Positions 37,939 to 46,444 of a DNA stretch of 46,444 bases are shown piece after piece; within the stretch, counting starts at the first letter, position 1; every line of letters starts with the position of its first letter. Source of the stretch: a virus (taxonomy: Duplodnaviria > Caudoviricetes); IMG/VR virus record IMGVR_UViG_3300027732_000038, positions 1-46,444 of that record. One strand, given 5' to 3'. A program made the position numbers and the translations under genes. The notes under the pieces were generated by a model, which was given only the letters and a program-made list of their open reading frames with translations, was not told where the DNA came from and ran no database searches.

Positions 37939-38865
37939 ATGCCTACTAATGTTTATTTTACTCATGGTACAAAGAATGAGCAGTACCTAATTGAGGATCT
38001 TATTATCGAATCTCTTAAGATTTACGGTAATGAGTTTATGTACATCCCAAGAACATTAGTTTCTAAAGATGAGATTCTTGGTGAGGATCGTTTAAGTAAA
38101 TTTACATCTTCGTTTCCAATTGAGATGTACTTTGAGAATGTAGACTCACTTGATGGACAAGGTGCATTTATTCAAAAGTTTGGTCTGATGATGGAACAAT
38201 CAGCTACATTGGTAGTTGCTCGTCGTAGATGGGATCAGTTGGTTGGTCGTTATGGACAAACAATTATTCCTACTCGTCCATGCGAAGGTGATTTAATTTA
38301 CTTTCCATTGACTAAGGGTTTGTTTGAAATTAAGTTTGTAAAACATCAAGATCCATTTTATCAGCTTGGTAAACTATATGTGTTTAAGTTACAAGTTGAA
38401 CTGTTCCAGTATGCTTCTGAGAAGATCGATACTGGCATCTCAGAGATTGATGCGTTTGAAACTCTCAAAACATTCACTACAAATACCACAAGATCTCCAA
38501 ATGGAGAAGTCACTTCTATTACAGTAACTGCTGCTGGTTCTGGATATACATCTGTGCCAACAGTGGTAATTACAAGTTCAACTGGATATGGTGCGACAGC
38601 AACAGCTGTTCGTGGTACTGGTGCTAATGCTAATAAAATTATTCGTGTGGATATAACTAATTCTGGACAACAGTATCAAACTGCTCCAGTTATATCATTT
38701 ACTGGTGGTGCTGGTGCTGGTGCTACAGCCACTTCTTCTATTGATATCAATATTGACTCGCCAAACTCGTTTGGTGATAATAATAAATTTAAAACAGAAG
38801 CACAGGATGTATTGTTTAGCGTAACAAACCCATTCGGCGAAATTGACACAGAGAATAACCCATAA
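37939..38865 (+). CDS. gp14: Neck protein gp14
   Basis: EQYLIEDLIIESLKIYG..YIPR, LGEDRLSKF, RPCEGDLIYFP, FEIKFV...PFYQLGK and C-terminal NPFGE. Confidence 0.92.
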   Translation: MPTNVYFTHGTKNEQYLIEDLIIESLKIYGNEFMYIPRTLVSKDEILGEDRLSKFTSSFPIEMYFENVDSLDGQGAFIQKFGLMMEQSATLVVARRRWDQLVGRYGQTIIPTRPCEGDLIYFPLTKGLFEIKFVKHQDPFYQLGKLYVFKLQVELFQYASEKIDTGISEIDAFETLKTFTTNTTRSPNGEVTSITVTAAGSGYTSVPTVVITSSTGYGATATAVRGTGANANKIIRVDITNSGQQYQTAPVISFTGGAGAGATATSSIDINIDSPNSFGDNNKFKTEAQDVLFSVTNPFGEIDTENNP

Positions 38866-39611
38866 TGTTAAACAGTAATGTATACTACCACGGAATCATT
38901 CGCAAGTGCATCGTAGGATTCGGTTCACTATTCAGTGACATCTATATCGATCGTCGTGAGGGTGATTCTGTAACTGGTACTGTTATCCAAAGATTACAAG
39001 TGCCTCTTGCTTACGCTCCAAAAGAAAAATGGATTGTTCGTTTAGAACAAGATCCAACTTTAGAAAATAATGTTTACACAACTCTTCCAAGAATGTCATT
39101 TGAGATTATTGGATACAACTACGATCCTCAAAGAAAAGTAAATCGTATGCAACAGTTGAAGTGTGGAGATGGTACTGGTGCAGTATCAACCATGTATACT
39201 CCTGTTCCATACAACTTAGATCTTTCTTTATACATCCTCACAAAAACTCAAGAAGATGGTCTTCAAATTATCGAACAAATCCTTCCTACATTTACACCTG
39301 AGTATACATTATCAATTAATGTAGTTCCAGACATGAGTGTTAAAATTGATGTGCCTATTATTTTAAATAGCGTATCAGTTCAAGACGACTATGATGGCGA
39401 TTTCCAAATGCGAAGATTTGTGACACATAGTCTTAACTTCCAAATGAAGATGAATCTGTTTGGACCAATCTCTGGTAGAAATGTTATTGATACTGTCTAT
39501 GCTAATATTGGTGAGAACGAAGACTTTACTAATGCAAACAGAATTTATACTGCAGAAGGTGATGTTACTACTGCAACTGTTGATACGGAGAGTTGGTTGG
39601 ACGGATTTTAA
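38865..39611 (+). CDS. gp15: Tail sheath stabiliser/terminator gp15
   Basis: IRKCIVGFGSLF, VPLAYAPKEK, LPRMSFE, PVPYNL and QIIEQILPTF.P. Confidence 0.93.
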   Translation: MLNSNVYYHGIIRKCIVGFGSLFSDIYIDRREGDSVTGTVIQRLQVPLAYAPKEKWIVRLEQDPTLENNVYTTLPRMSFEIIGYNYDPQRKVNRMQQLKCGDGTGAVSTMYTPVPYNLDLSLYILTKTQEDGLQIIEQILPTFTPEYTLSINVVPDMSVKIDVPIILNSVSVQDDYDGDFQMRRFVTHSLNFQMKMNLFGPISGRNVIDTVYANIGENEDFTNANRIYTAEGDVTTATVDTESWLDGF

Positions 39612-39613
39612 TT

Positions 39614-41191
39614 ATGGCTCAAGTATATAATTCGAATTCGAACTTAAAAGCTGCTGGTGTTACTGTTGACTTTACACCTGATGATGTAAAAGAGTACATG
39701 AAGTGTGCTGCAGATCCGATATACTTTATCGAGACCTACTGCTACATTGTTACGCTGGATCATGGTTTACAATTGTTTAAATTATATGATTGCCAAAAGA
39801 ACAAATTAAATGTAATCCATAATAATCGTCGTGTGATTCTTATGGAAGGTCGTCAGCAAGGTAAGACAACTACCTCTGCAGCTTACATTCTTTGGTACAC
39901 GATTTTCCAAGCCAACAAAACTGTGGCTATCCTTGCGAACAAAGCAACTGCTGCAAGAGAAGTTTTAGATCGTTATCAAACAATGTATGAGTTGCTACCA
40001 AAGTGGATGCAACAAGGTGTCACTACTTGGAACAAAGGTGACATTGAACTAGAGAATGGTTCAAAGGTATTCACTGCTGCAACAGGTAAGTCTGGTATTC
40101 GTGGTAAATCTGTAAACATGTTGTATGTTGACGAAGCAGCGATTATTCCAAACAATGTGGCAGAAGAATTCTTTACTTCAGTTTACCCTACGATTTCCGC
40201 TGGTCAGACTACTAAGATTCTACTGTCATCAACTCCACTAGGTTACAATCACTTCTGGAAGTTTTGGACAGATGCTGAAAAAGGTAGAAATGGATTTGTT
40301 AATCTATTCATTCCTTACTGGGAAATTCCAGGTCGTGACGAAGTATGGGCTGCAGAACAAAAAGCGCAGCTGGGGGAACTTAAATTTACTCAAGAGGTTC
40401 TTTGTAACTTCTTAGGTTCTTCTCTCACTCTAGTTAGAGCAGATGCTATTTCTAGAATGAGTCCTGATGTTATCGTCTATCAGAAAGATGGGTTAGATGT
40501 GTATGTAAACCCACAAGCTGGTCATAGTTATTGTATGGTCTGTGATGTGGCAAAAGGTGTTGGTGGGGATTATTCAGCATTCCAAGTTATTGATATTACA
40601 GAGGTTCCATATAGAATCGTTGCAAAGTATCGTAATAATGAAATCAGTCCGTTGTTGTATCCAAATGTGATTTATAAAGTTGGAACAGACTACAACCAAG
40701 CATGGGTATTATTGGAAATTAACATCTCAGAACAGGTTGCTCACATCCTATACTCTGAGATGGAATACGAAAATATATTGATGGTTACAAGACACGCTTT
40801 GGGACAAACTGTCTCAGGTGGTTTTGGTGGAGGTAAAACACAGTTAGGTGTCAATACCGATAAAAAGATTAAACGAATTGGGTGTCATAATTTTAAAGCA
40901 CTCGTTGAGGAAAACAAACTTATTATAAATGATGCTGATACGATCTCTGAAATCTCGACTTTTATTGAGAAGAAGGGTTCATATGAGGCTGATGAAGGTT
41001 ATCATGATGACTTGGTAATGCCTCTGGTACTGTTCGGATGGCTTACAACTAACAGTTATTTCAAAGACCTAAATAATGTTAATCTACGAAACATAATGTA
41101 CGCTAAGCAAATGCTGGCGATCGAAGAAGAATTAACACCATTCGGATTCTATGAAGATGGGAAACCTGAAAAGGCTCCATTAAACTTCTAG
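39614..41191 (+). CDS. gp17: Terminase large subunit gp17
   Basis: ATG at 39614. It has LYDCQ (Q motif), Walker A GRQQGKTT, Walker B LYVDEAA, SSTPLG, and nuclease motifs DVAKGVGGDYS and HDDLVM. Confidence 0.96.
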   Translation: MAQVYNSNSNLKAAGVTVDFTPDDVKEYMKCAADPIYFIETYCYIVTLDHGLQLFKLYDCQKNKLNVIHNNRRVILMEGRQQGKTTTSAAYILWYTIFQANKTVAILANKATAAREVLDRYQTMYELLPKWMQQGVTTWNKGDIELENGSKVFTAATGKSGIRGKSVNMLYVDEAAIIPNNVAEEFFTSVYPTISAGQTTKILLSSTPLGYNHFWKFWTDAEKGRNGFVNLFIPYWEIPGRDEVWAAEQKAQLGELKFTQEVLCNFLGSSLTLVRADAISRMSPDVIVYQKDGLDVYVNPQAGHSYCMVCDVAKGVGGDYSAFQVIDITEVPYRIVAKYRNNEISPLLYPNVIYKVGTDYNQAWVLLEINISEQVAHILYSEMEYENILMVTRHALGQTVSGGFGGGKTQLGVNTDKKIKRIGCHNFKALVEENKLIINDADTISEISTFIEKKGSYEADEGYHDDLVMPLVLFGWLTTNSYFKDLNNVNLRNIMYAKQMLAIEEELTPFGFYEDGKPEKAPLNF

Positions 41192-41204
41192 AAATCGTGT
41201 AAAA

Positions 41205-41235
41205 ACTAAATAAAATGTAGACATGAAATTGTCTA
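41205..41235 (+). promoter_or_regulatory. Late-promoter-like ACTAAATA followed by a hairpin upstream of gp18
   Basis: ACTAAATA at 41205-41212, TAGACA-TGAAAT-TGTCTA at 41218-41235, and RBS AAGGAG before ATG 41264. Confidence 0.6.
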
Positions 41236-41263
41236 GGTAAACTTATTAACAAGGAGAAACACA

Positions 41264-43717
41264 ATGCCGTTCCAATTATCTCCAGGCGTTGCAGTCGTAG
41301 AAAAAGATTTCACTTCTATCGTTCCAGCAGTATCATCATCTATTGGTGCTTTTGCTGGAGTATTTCCATGGGGTCCAGTACTGGAACCTGTGACAATTAG
41401 CTCGGAGAACGATTTAGTTCGTCGCTTCGGTAAGCCAAACGATAGCAATTTCCAAACCTTTTTTACAGCTGCGAACTTCCTATCTTATACAAATAATCTA
41501 TTACTAGTTCGTGCAGACGCTGGATCTTTGAATGCGGTTGCAACTACAACTGGCGGTCTTGGTACTGTCGCTGTAGCTACTGGCGGTGCTGGTTCTGGTT
41601 ATTCTTCTACTGCAGCTGCACCTGCTGTCACAGTTGGTGCTCCTGATATTGCTGGTGGCACCCAAGCTGCTGTTACAGTAACTCTTTCTGGTGGTGCCAT
41701 TACTGCTATTGCGGTTTCTTCTGGTGGTTCTGGTTATGCTACTGCTCCGTCAGTAACTCTTTCTGCTCCATCTGGTGGTTCTGGTGCAACATTTACTGCA
41801 GTATTGTCAGCACCAACTCTTGCTGGTGTCGCCATTTCTGGAACTGGTGGTCAATTTACTTGTACTGCAGCTACTTTGGTAGTTGGTAGCACAATTAATA
41901 TTACTGGTACTCTTGGTGGTACTGGTACTATCACTAGTTATGCAACTGGTACTACATACAAAGTTTCTGCCATTACTGGTTCTGGTTCTTCTGTAACAGG
42001 ATTTACTTTAACTACTACTGCTGATGTTGCGATTGTTACTACTGCAGGCACTCCAACTGGCTTAACATACTCAGTAACATCAAATCAATCAGTTGCTTCT
42101 GTAACAGTTGATACTGGTGGTACAGGATTCAAAGGTACTGTTACTGCTTCTTTCTCAGCTGGTAATGCTACTGCTGGTTCAGTTACTGTGGCTTCATCAA
42201 GTATCACTGCTGCAACAATTACTACTCCAGGTTCTGGATATTCTACTGCGCCAACTATAACTGTTGCTGCTCCTCCATCTGGAACTACTGCTACATTAAC
42301 TAATACCATTTCAGTTGCTGGTTTAAAAATTATCAATGGTGAAACATACAATACCACTTATGTAAATGGTGCTGGTATTGTTGGATCTTTTGCTGCAAAA
42401 TATCCAGGAACACTTGGTAACTCTTTAAAAGTTGCTGTATGTGACTCTGCTGGATTTAGTGCTTGGACATACAAAGATGAATTTGATGCTGCTCCAGCAA
42501 CTTCTACATACGCTACTAGCGTTGGTGGTACTCAAGACGAAATGCACATTGTCGTTGTTGATGAAGATGGCGCATGGTCTGGCACGCAAGGTACTATCTT
42601 AGAAAAATTTGCTTTTGTTTCTAAAGCATCCGATGCTAAGAAATCTGATGGTACTAATAACTACTATAAAAGCGTATTAAATTCTCGTTCAGAGTACATC
42701 TACTGGATGGATCATCCTACTGGTGTTACTGGTACTACTGCTTGGGGTTCTGCTGCAGCTGGCGCAACATTTAAAACACTAACTGCTGTTCTGTCAATTT
42801 CTCTAGATGGTGGTACTGATGATTTTGTAGCAACTGATGGTGAACTACAATCTGCATATGCATTGTTTGCTAATGCTGAACAGTTTGATATTAGTCTAAT
42901 TATGGCTGGTAAAGCAACTGCTGCAACAGCAACATACATTATCAATAACATCTGCGAAACTCGTTTAGATTGCGTAGCGTTTGTATCTCCACAGAGCACT
43001 TCTACTGCCGAACCAATCATTGGTTCTACTTCTACTGAACAAAATGCAATAATTGCATACCGTGGTGCATTGCCATCTACTTCTTATGCGGTTCTTGATT
43101 CTGGTTACAAGTATCAATATGATCGTTACAATGACCAATACCGTTATGTACCATTGAATGGTGACATTGCTGGTCTATGTGCTCGTACTGACTACACTAA
43201 CGATCCTTGGTTCTCTCCAGGTGGTCTAAATCGTGGTCAAATTAAGAATGTTGTTAAGTTGGCATTCAATCCAAGCAAAACACAAAGAGATATGCTTTAC
43301 AAGTCTGGTATTAATCCTGTGGTTACATTCCCAGGAGAAGGTACTGTCATGTTTGGTGATAAGACTCTCTTGGCTAAACCAAGTGCGTTTGATCGTATTA
43401 ATGTTCGTCGCCTATTCATTGTTATGGAAAAAGCGATTGCCACTGCTGCAAAATTCCAGTTGTTTGAATTCAACGATGGATTTACTCGTGCACAGTTTAA
43501 GAACTTAGTCGAGCCATTCCTCCGTGATGTCCAAGGTCGTCGTGGTATTACTGATTTCGTTGTTAAGTGCGATGAATCTAACAACACAGGTGAAGTTATC
43601 GATCGTAACGAATTCGTTGCTGATATCTTCGTTAAGCCAAATCGTTCTATCAACTTTATCACTCTCAATTTCGTTGCTGCTCGTTCTGCGATTAACTTCT
43701 CAGAAATCGGTGCGTAA
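41264..43717 (+). CDS. gp18: Contractile tail sheath gp18 with a large Ser/Thr/Gly-rich insertion
   Basis: LSPGVAVVEKD, FPWGP, KYPGTLGN, YKYQYDRYND..RYVPLNGD, PWFSPGG.NRG, FDRINVRRLF and FEFND.FTR. Confidence 0.96.
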   Translation: MPFQLSPGVAVVEKDFTSIVPAVSSSIGAFAGVFPWGPVLEPVTISSENDLVRRFGKPNDSNFQTFFTAANFLSYTNNLLLVRADAGSLNAVATTTGGLGTVAVATGGAGSGYSSTAAAPAVTVGAPDIAGGTQAAVTVTLSGGAITAIAVSSGGSGYATAPSVTLSAPSGGSGATFTAVLSAPTLAGVAISGTGGQFTCTAATLVVGSTINITGTLGGTGTITSYATGTTYKVSAITGSGSSVTGFTLTTTADVAIVTTAGTPTGLTYSVTSNQSVASVTVDTGGTGFKGTVTASFSAGNATAGSVTVASSSITAATITTPGSGYSTAPTITVAAPPSGTTATLTNTISVAGLKIINGETYNTTYVNGAGIVGSFAAKYPGTLGNSLKVAVCDSAGFSAWTYKDEFDAAPATSTYATSVGGTQDEMHIVVVDEDGAWSGTQGTILEKFAFVSKASDAKKSDGTNNYYKSVLNSRSEYIYWMDHPTGVTGTTAWGSAAAGATFKTLTAVLSISLDGGTDDFVATDGELQSAYALFANAEQFDISLIMAGKATAATATYIINNICETRLDCVAFVSPQSTSTAEPIIGSTSTEQNAIIAYRGALPSTSYAVLDSGYKYQYDRYNDQYRYVPLNGDIAGLCARTDYTNDPWFSPGGLNRGQIKNVVKLAFNPSKTQRDMLYKSGINPVVTFPGEGTVMFGDKTLLAKPSAFDRINVRRLFIVMEKAIATAAKFQLFEFNDGFTRAQFKNLVEPFLRDVQGRRGITDFVVKCDESNNTGEVIDRNEFVADIFVKPNRSINFITLNFVAARSAINFSEIGA

Positions 43718-43722
43718 TTCAA

Positions 43723-43730
43723 GATAAATA
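43723..43730 (+). promoter_or_regulatory. Putative late promoter (GATAAATA) for gp19
   Basis: Intergenic, one mismatch to TATAAATA, followed by RBS TAAGGAG. Confidence 0.6.
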
Positions 43731-43753
43731 GATAAGAACATAAGGAGAATTAA

Positions 43754-44341
43754 ATGGCAAATATTGCTGATTTCAAAGCGCAGATGATCGGTGGCGGTGC
43801 TCGCCCAAATCAATTCCGTGTTGAATTAACATTCCCGTCATATGTTACATTGGGTGTAGTTGCAGGACAAAGAGCGCAGTTTTTATGTAAAGCTGCTCAA
43901 TTACCTGCATCCACTATCGAGACTCTACCAGTCTTGTATCGTGGTCGCCCAGTTAACTTTGCTGGTGAAAGAACATTCCAACCATGGACTGTAACAATTT
44001 ACAACGATACTACTTTTGGTATTCGTAATGCACTAGAGCAATGGCAATCTGGTATCCAGAATTACAATACAACTAATGGTCGTACTAATCCTACTGACTA
44101 CCAAGTTGACTTGAATGTTCACCAGTTAGACCGCAATGGTGCAATTATCAAGAGTTATAAATTTGTTGATGCATTCCCAACAACAATTTCCGCAATCGGT
44201 TTAGATTACGAGCAACAAAATGCAATTGAACAGTTTGATGTAGAGTTCCAATACAACTTCTTTACATCAGCTACTGGTGCAGCTGCTGGCTTTGGTGTCA
44301 ATGTTTCTGTTGATACTCCAGTTGGTAGTTTCCCACTTTAA
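43754..44341 (+). CDS. gp19: Tail tube protein gp19
   Basis: GGARPNQFRV, CKAAQLPAS, YRGR...AGERTF.PWTVTIYND and QLDRNG. Confidence 0.95.
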   Translation: MANIADFKAQMIGGGARPNQFRVELTFPSYVTLGVVAGQRAQFLCKAAQLPASTIETLPVLYRGRPVNFAGERTFQPWTVTIYNDTTFGIRNALEQWQSGIQNYNTTNGRTNPTDYQVDLNVHQLDRNGAIIKSYKFVDAFPTTISAIGLDYEQQNAIEQFDVEFQYNFFTSATGAAAGFGVNVSVDTPVGSFPL

Positions 44342-44365
44342 TAATTAACTGAAGGTTATTACATA

Positions 44366-46045
44366 ATGCAGATTTTTGGATTTGAGATAAAGCGTAAGGA
44401 TGGAGAGCAATTACCGAGTGTAGTTCCTCCAAGTCCAAATGATTCAGGAGCAACCGTAGTAAACACTGGTGTAAATGCTGGTGGATACTACGGTATGGTC
44501 ATGGATCTTGAGGGTGTTATCAAGAACGAAAATGATTTGATCCGTCGCTACCGTGAGGTGGCACAGTATAGTGATTGTGATGGAGCGATCGAAGACATTG
44601 TTAACGAAGCGATTGTAGCTGATGAAAGCCACAAATCTGTTGAGATTGTTCTTGATGAAGTTAAAGTTTCAGAAAATATTAAAACTAAAATTCGTGAAGA
44701 ATTTTATAATGTACTCCGCATATTAAAGTTTGATGAAAGAGCACATGAAACATTTCGTGCTTGGTATATTGACGGAAGATTATATTATCAAATTCTTATC
44801 GATGAAACAAGAGTTAAAGACGGTATTCAAGAATTAAGATACATCGATCCTCGTAAGATTCGTCGTATTAAGAATATCAAAAAAGAAAGAACACCACAAG
44901 GTGTTGAAGTTGTAAAAGAAGTAGAAGAATATTATCTTTACAATGATAAAGGAATTACAGAGCAAACAACACATGGTGTTAAACTGGCTCTTGATTCAGT
45001 GGTTTATGTACCATCAGGATATGTAGATCCAAATACTGGTATGGCAATGTCTTATCTTCATAAGGCAATTAAACCAGTGAATCAATTAAAGATGATCGAG
45101 GACTCCCTTGTCATCTATCGTATCAGCCGTGCGCCTGAACGAAGAATTTTTTATGTTGATGTAGGTAATTTACCTAAGTTGAAAGCAGAGCAGTATGTAA
45201 CGGACATTATGAATAAGTTCCGTAACAAAATTGTTTATGATGCAACAACTGGCGAAACTCGTGACGATCGTAAACATCTTTCTATGATGGAAGATTTTTG
45301 GATGCCTCGTCGTGAAGGTGGTAAAGGCACTGAGATTACTACACTTCCAGGTGGACAAAACTTAGGTGAGATTCAAGACATTGAATACTTCCAAGGTAAA
45401 TTATTTCATGCGTTAAATGTTCCAGCTAGCCGACTACAACAGTCTTCAGGTTTTAGTATTGGTCGTGCTCAAGAAATTACTCGTGATGAAGTTAAGTTTA
45501 ATAAATTTATTATTAGACTTCGTAAGAAATTTAATGCATTATTTAACCAAGCACTTCGTGTTCAGTTAATATGCAAAGGTATTATCCGTCCAGATGAATG
45601 GGATGATCTTCGTGTTAATATTAAATACGATTACATCGAAGATAATAACTACGCTGAACTGCGTGACAGTGAAATTATGCAAGCCAGAATGGGCTTACTA
45701 CAAATTGTAGACCCATTTGTTGGTAAGTATTATTCACAAGACTGGGTTAAGAAAAACATTCTTCGTTTGGATGATAAAGAAATTAAAGACATCCAGAAAG
45801 AAATGAATAAAGAACAAGATATTATGATTCAGCAAGCAACTGTTCAAGGAGAACTTCAACAGGCAATGCAACAACCAGCGATGGATGCACAGGCTGAACA
45901 ACAGCAACAAGCTGCACAAGCGCAACAGCCTCAGCAAGATCAAGGTGCTCAAGATCAAGAAGCTGCTGCTGAAGCAGAACAAGAAGATACACAACAGAGC
46001 AAAGGTAAAGTTACCAATCTAAAAACTGGTACTTGGCCAAATTAA
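44366..46045 (+). CDS. gp20: Portal vertex protein gp20
   Basis: LIRRYRE, WYIDGR, YIDPRKI, SYLHKAIK, YRISRAPERRIFYVDVGNLPK.KAEQY and EDFWMPRREGGKGTEITTLPGG. Confidence 0.97.
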   Translation: MQIFGFEIKRKDGEQLPSVVPPSPNDSGATVVNTGVNAGGYYGMVMDLEGVIKNENDLIRRYREVAQYSDCDGAIEDIVNEAIVADESHKSVEIVLDEVKVSENIKTKIREEFYNVLRILKFDERAHETFRAWYIDGRLYYQILIDETRVKDGIQELRYIDPRKIRRIKNIKKERTPQGVEVVKEVEEYYLYNDKGITEQTTHGVKLALDSVVYVPSGYVDPNTGMAMSYLHKAIKPVNQLKMIEDSLVIYRISRAPERRIFYVDVGNLPKLKAEQYVTDIMNKFRNKIVYDATTGETRDDRKHLSMMEDFWMPRREGGKGTEITTLPGGQNLGEIQDIEYFQGKLFHALNVPASRLQQSSGFSIGRAQEITRDEVKFNKFIIRLRKKFNALFNQALRVQLICKGIIRPDEWDDLRVNIKYDYIEDNNYAELRDSEIMQARMGLLQIVDPFVGKYYSQDWVKKNILRLDDKEIKDIQKEMNKEQDIMIQQATVQGELQQAMQQPAMDAQAEQQQQAAQAQQPQQDQGAQDQEAAAEAEQEDTQQSKGKVTNLKTGTWPN

Positions 46046-46057
46046 CAGGAGAATATT

Positions 46058-46240
46058 ATGAGTGAAACAGTACAAAATTTAGTCCAAGCAATTCAAGCTG
46101 GCGATGCCCTTGAAACAGAAAATGCTTTTGCAGATGCAATGGCAGAAAAGTTATCTGTTCGTTTAGATGGCATGCGCCAAGATGTTGCACAAAGTATGTT
46201 TGCGCAAGCAGCAGAACAAGAAACTGCTACAGAAGAATAA
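46058..46240 (+). CDS. Small acidic prohead core protein, gp67-like by position
   Basis: RBS AGGAGA. A 60-aa acidic helical protein directly after the portal gene, where T4-like phages have gp67. Confidence 0.6.
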   Translation: MSETVQNLVQAIQAGDALETENAFADAMAEKLSVRLDGMRQDVAQSMFAQAAEQETATEE

Positions 46241-46444
46241 TGCGTTACCACGAGTTTACAAAATCTCTAAACCGATCTGATGTTGTTGAAAGCATTAGGT
46301 CTTATCTTCAGTTAATCGAAAGAACTGAAGAAGGAAAGGTTTTGATAAATGGTATTGAAACAGAATTTACAAGTTTAGAAGAAGCAAGACAATACATTAA
46401 ACAAGACTACATTTCGCAACAATTAGAAGAACAAGTATCAAAAG
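46240..46444 (+). CDS. Hypothetical protein in the prohead core region, 3'-truncated
   Basis: TAATG coupling. The frame MRYHEFTKSLNRSDVVESIRSYLQLIERTEEGK... stays open to the window end. Confidence 0.6.
   Translation, partial: MRYHEFTKSLNRSDVVESIRSYLQLIERTEEGKVLINGIETEFTSLEEARQYIKQDYISQQLEEQVSK

Noticed and set aside
1806-45994. Numerous short minus-strand and alternate-frame ORFs (e.g. 2352-2891, 30529-31080, 36071-36523, 43297-43722, 24241-24597)
   Set aside because: They lie within or overlap strong + strand genes and show V/P/A/T- or V/L-rich compositions expected as shadows of biased Thr/Gly/Ser codons. I see no independent motif support.
39614-46045. Introns, inteins or homing endonucleases in terminase, sheath or portal
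   Set aside because: The ORFs are uninterrupted, with no intein splice or LAGLIDADG/HNH/GIY-YIG motifs seen. The sheath insert is a low-complexity structural module.
1-46444. tRNA/rRNA genes or stop-codon reassignment
   Set aside because: Intergenic gaps are short with no cloverleaf seen, and conserved genes are full length under the standard code, ending in TAA, TGA or TAG.

Overview
This window is the late (virion morphogenesis) region of a large T4-like myovirus with the gene layout seen in cyanophage/pelagiphage-type aquatic phages. All credible genes are on the + strand. The order is: baseplate wedge gp6 (partial), gp7, a small virion protein, gp8, a 2110-aa VrlC/DUF4815-like protein, about 24 kb of fibre/adhesin and accessory genes, neck gp13 and gp14, tail terminator gp15, large terminase gp17 (no gp16 in the usual slot), sheath gp18, tube gp19, portal gp20 and small prohead-core-position genes. 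The standout is an 8.4 kb, tightly overlapping nine-gene cassette (14288-22712) lying between two fibre genes that share an N-terminal motif. It encodes two radical SAM/SPASM enzymes, a cobalamin-binding radical SAM enzyme, two paralogous cupin/AspH-like oxygenases with an HxH...H site, three orphan proteins (two appear paralogous) and a 171-aa protein ending in CHSN-CHGS-CHGS. It looks like a phage-encoded RiPP-like post-translational modification system, possibly acting on a virion protein. All family assignments come from motif recognition by eye; no database search was run and the host cannot be determined from this window.
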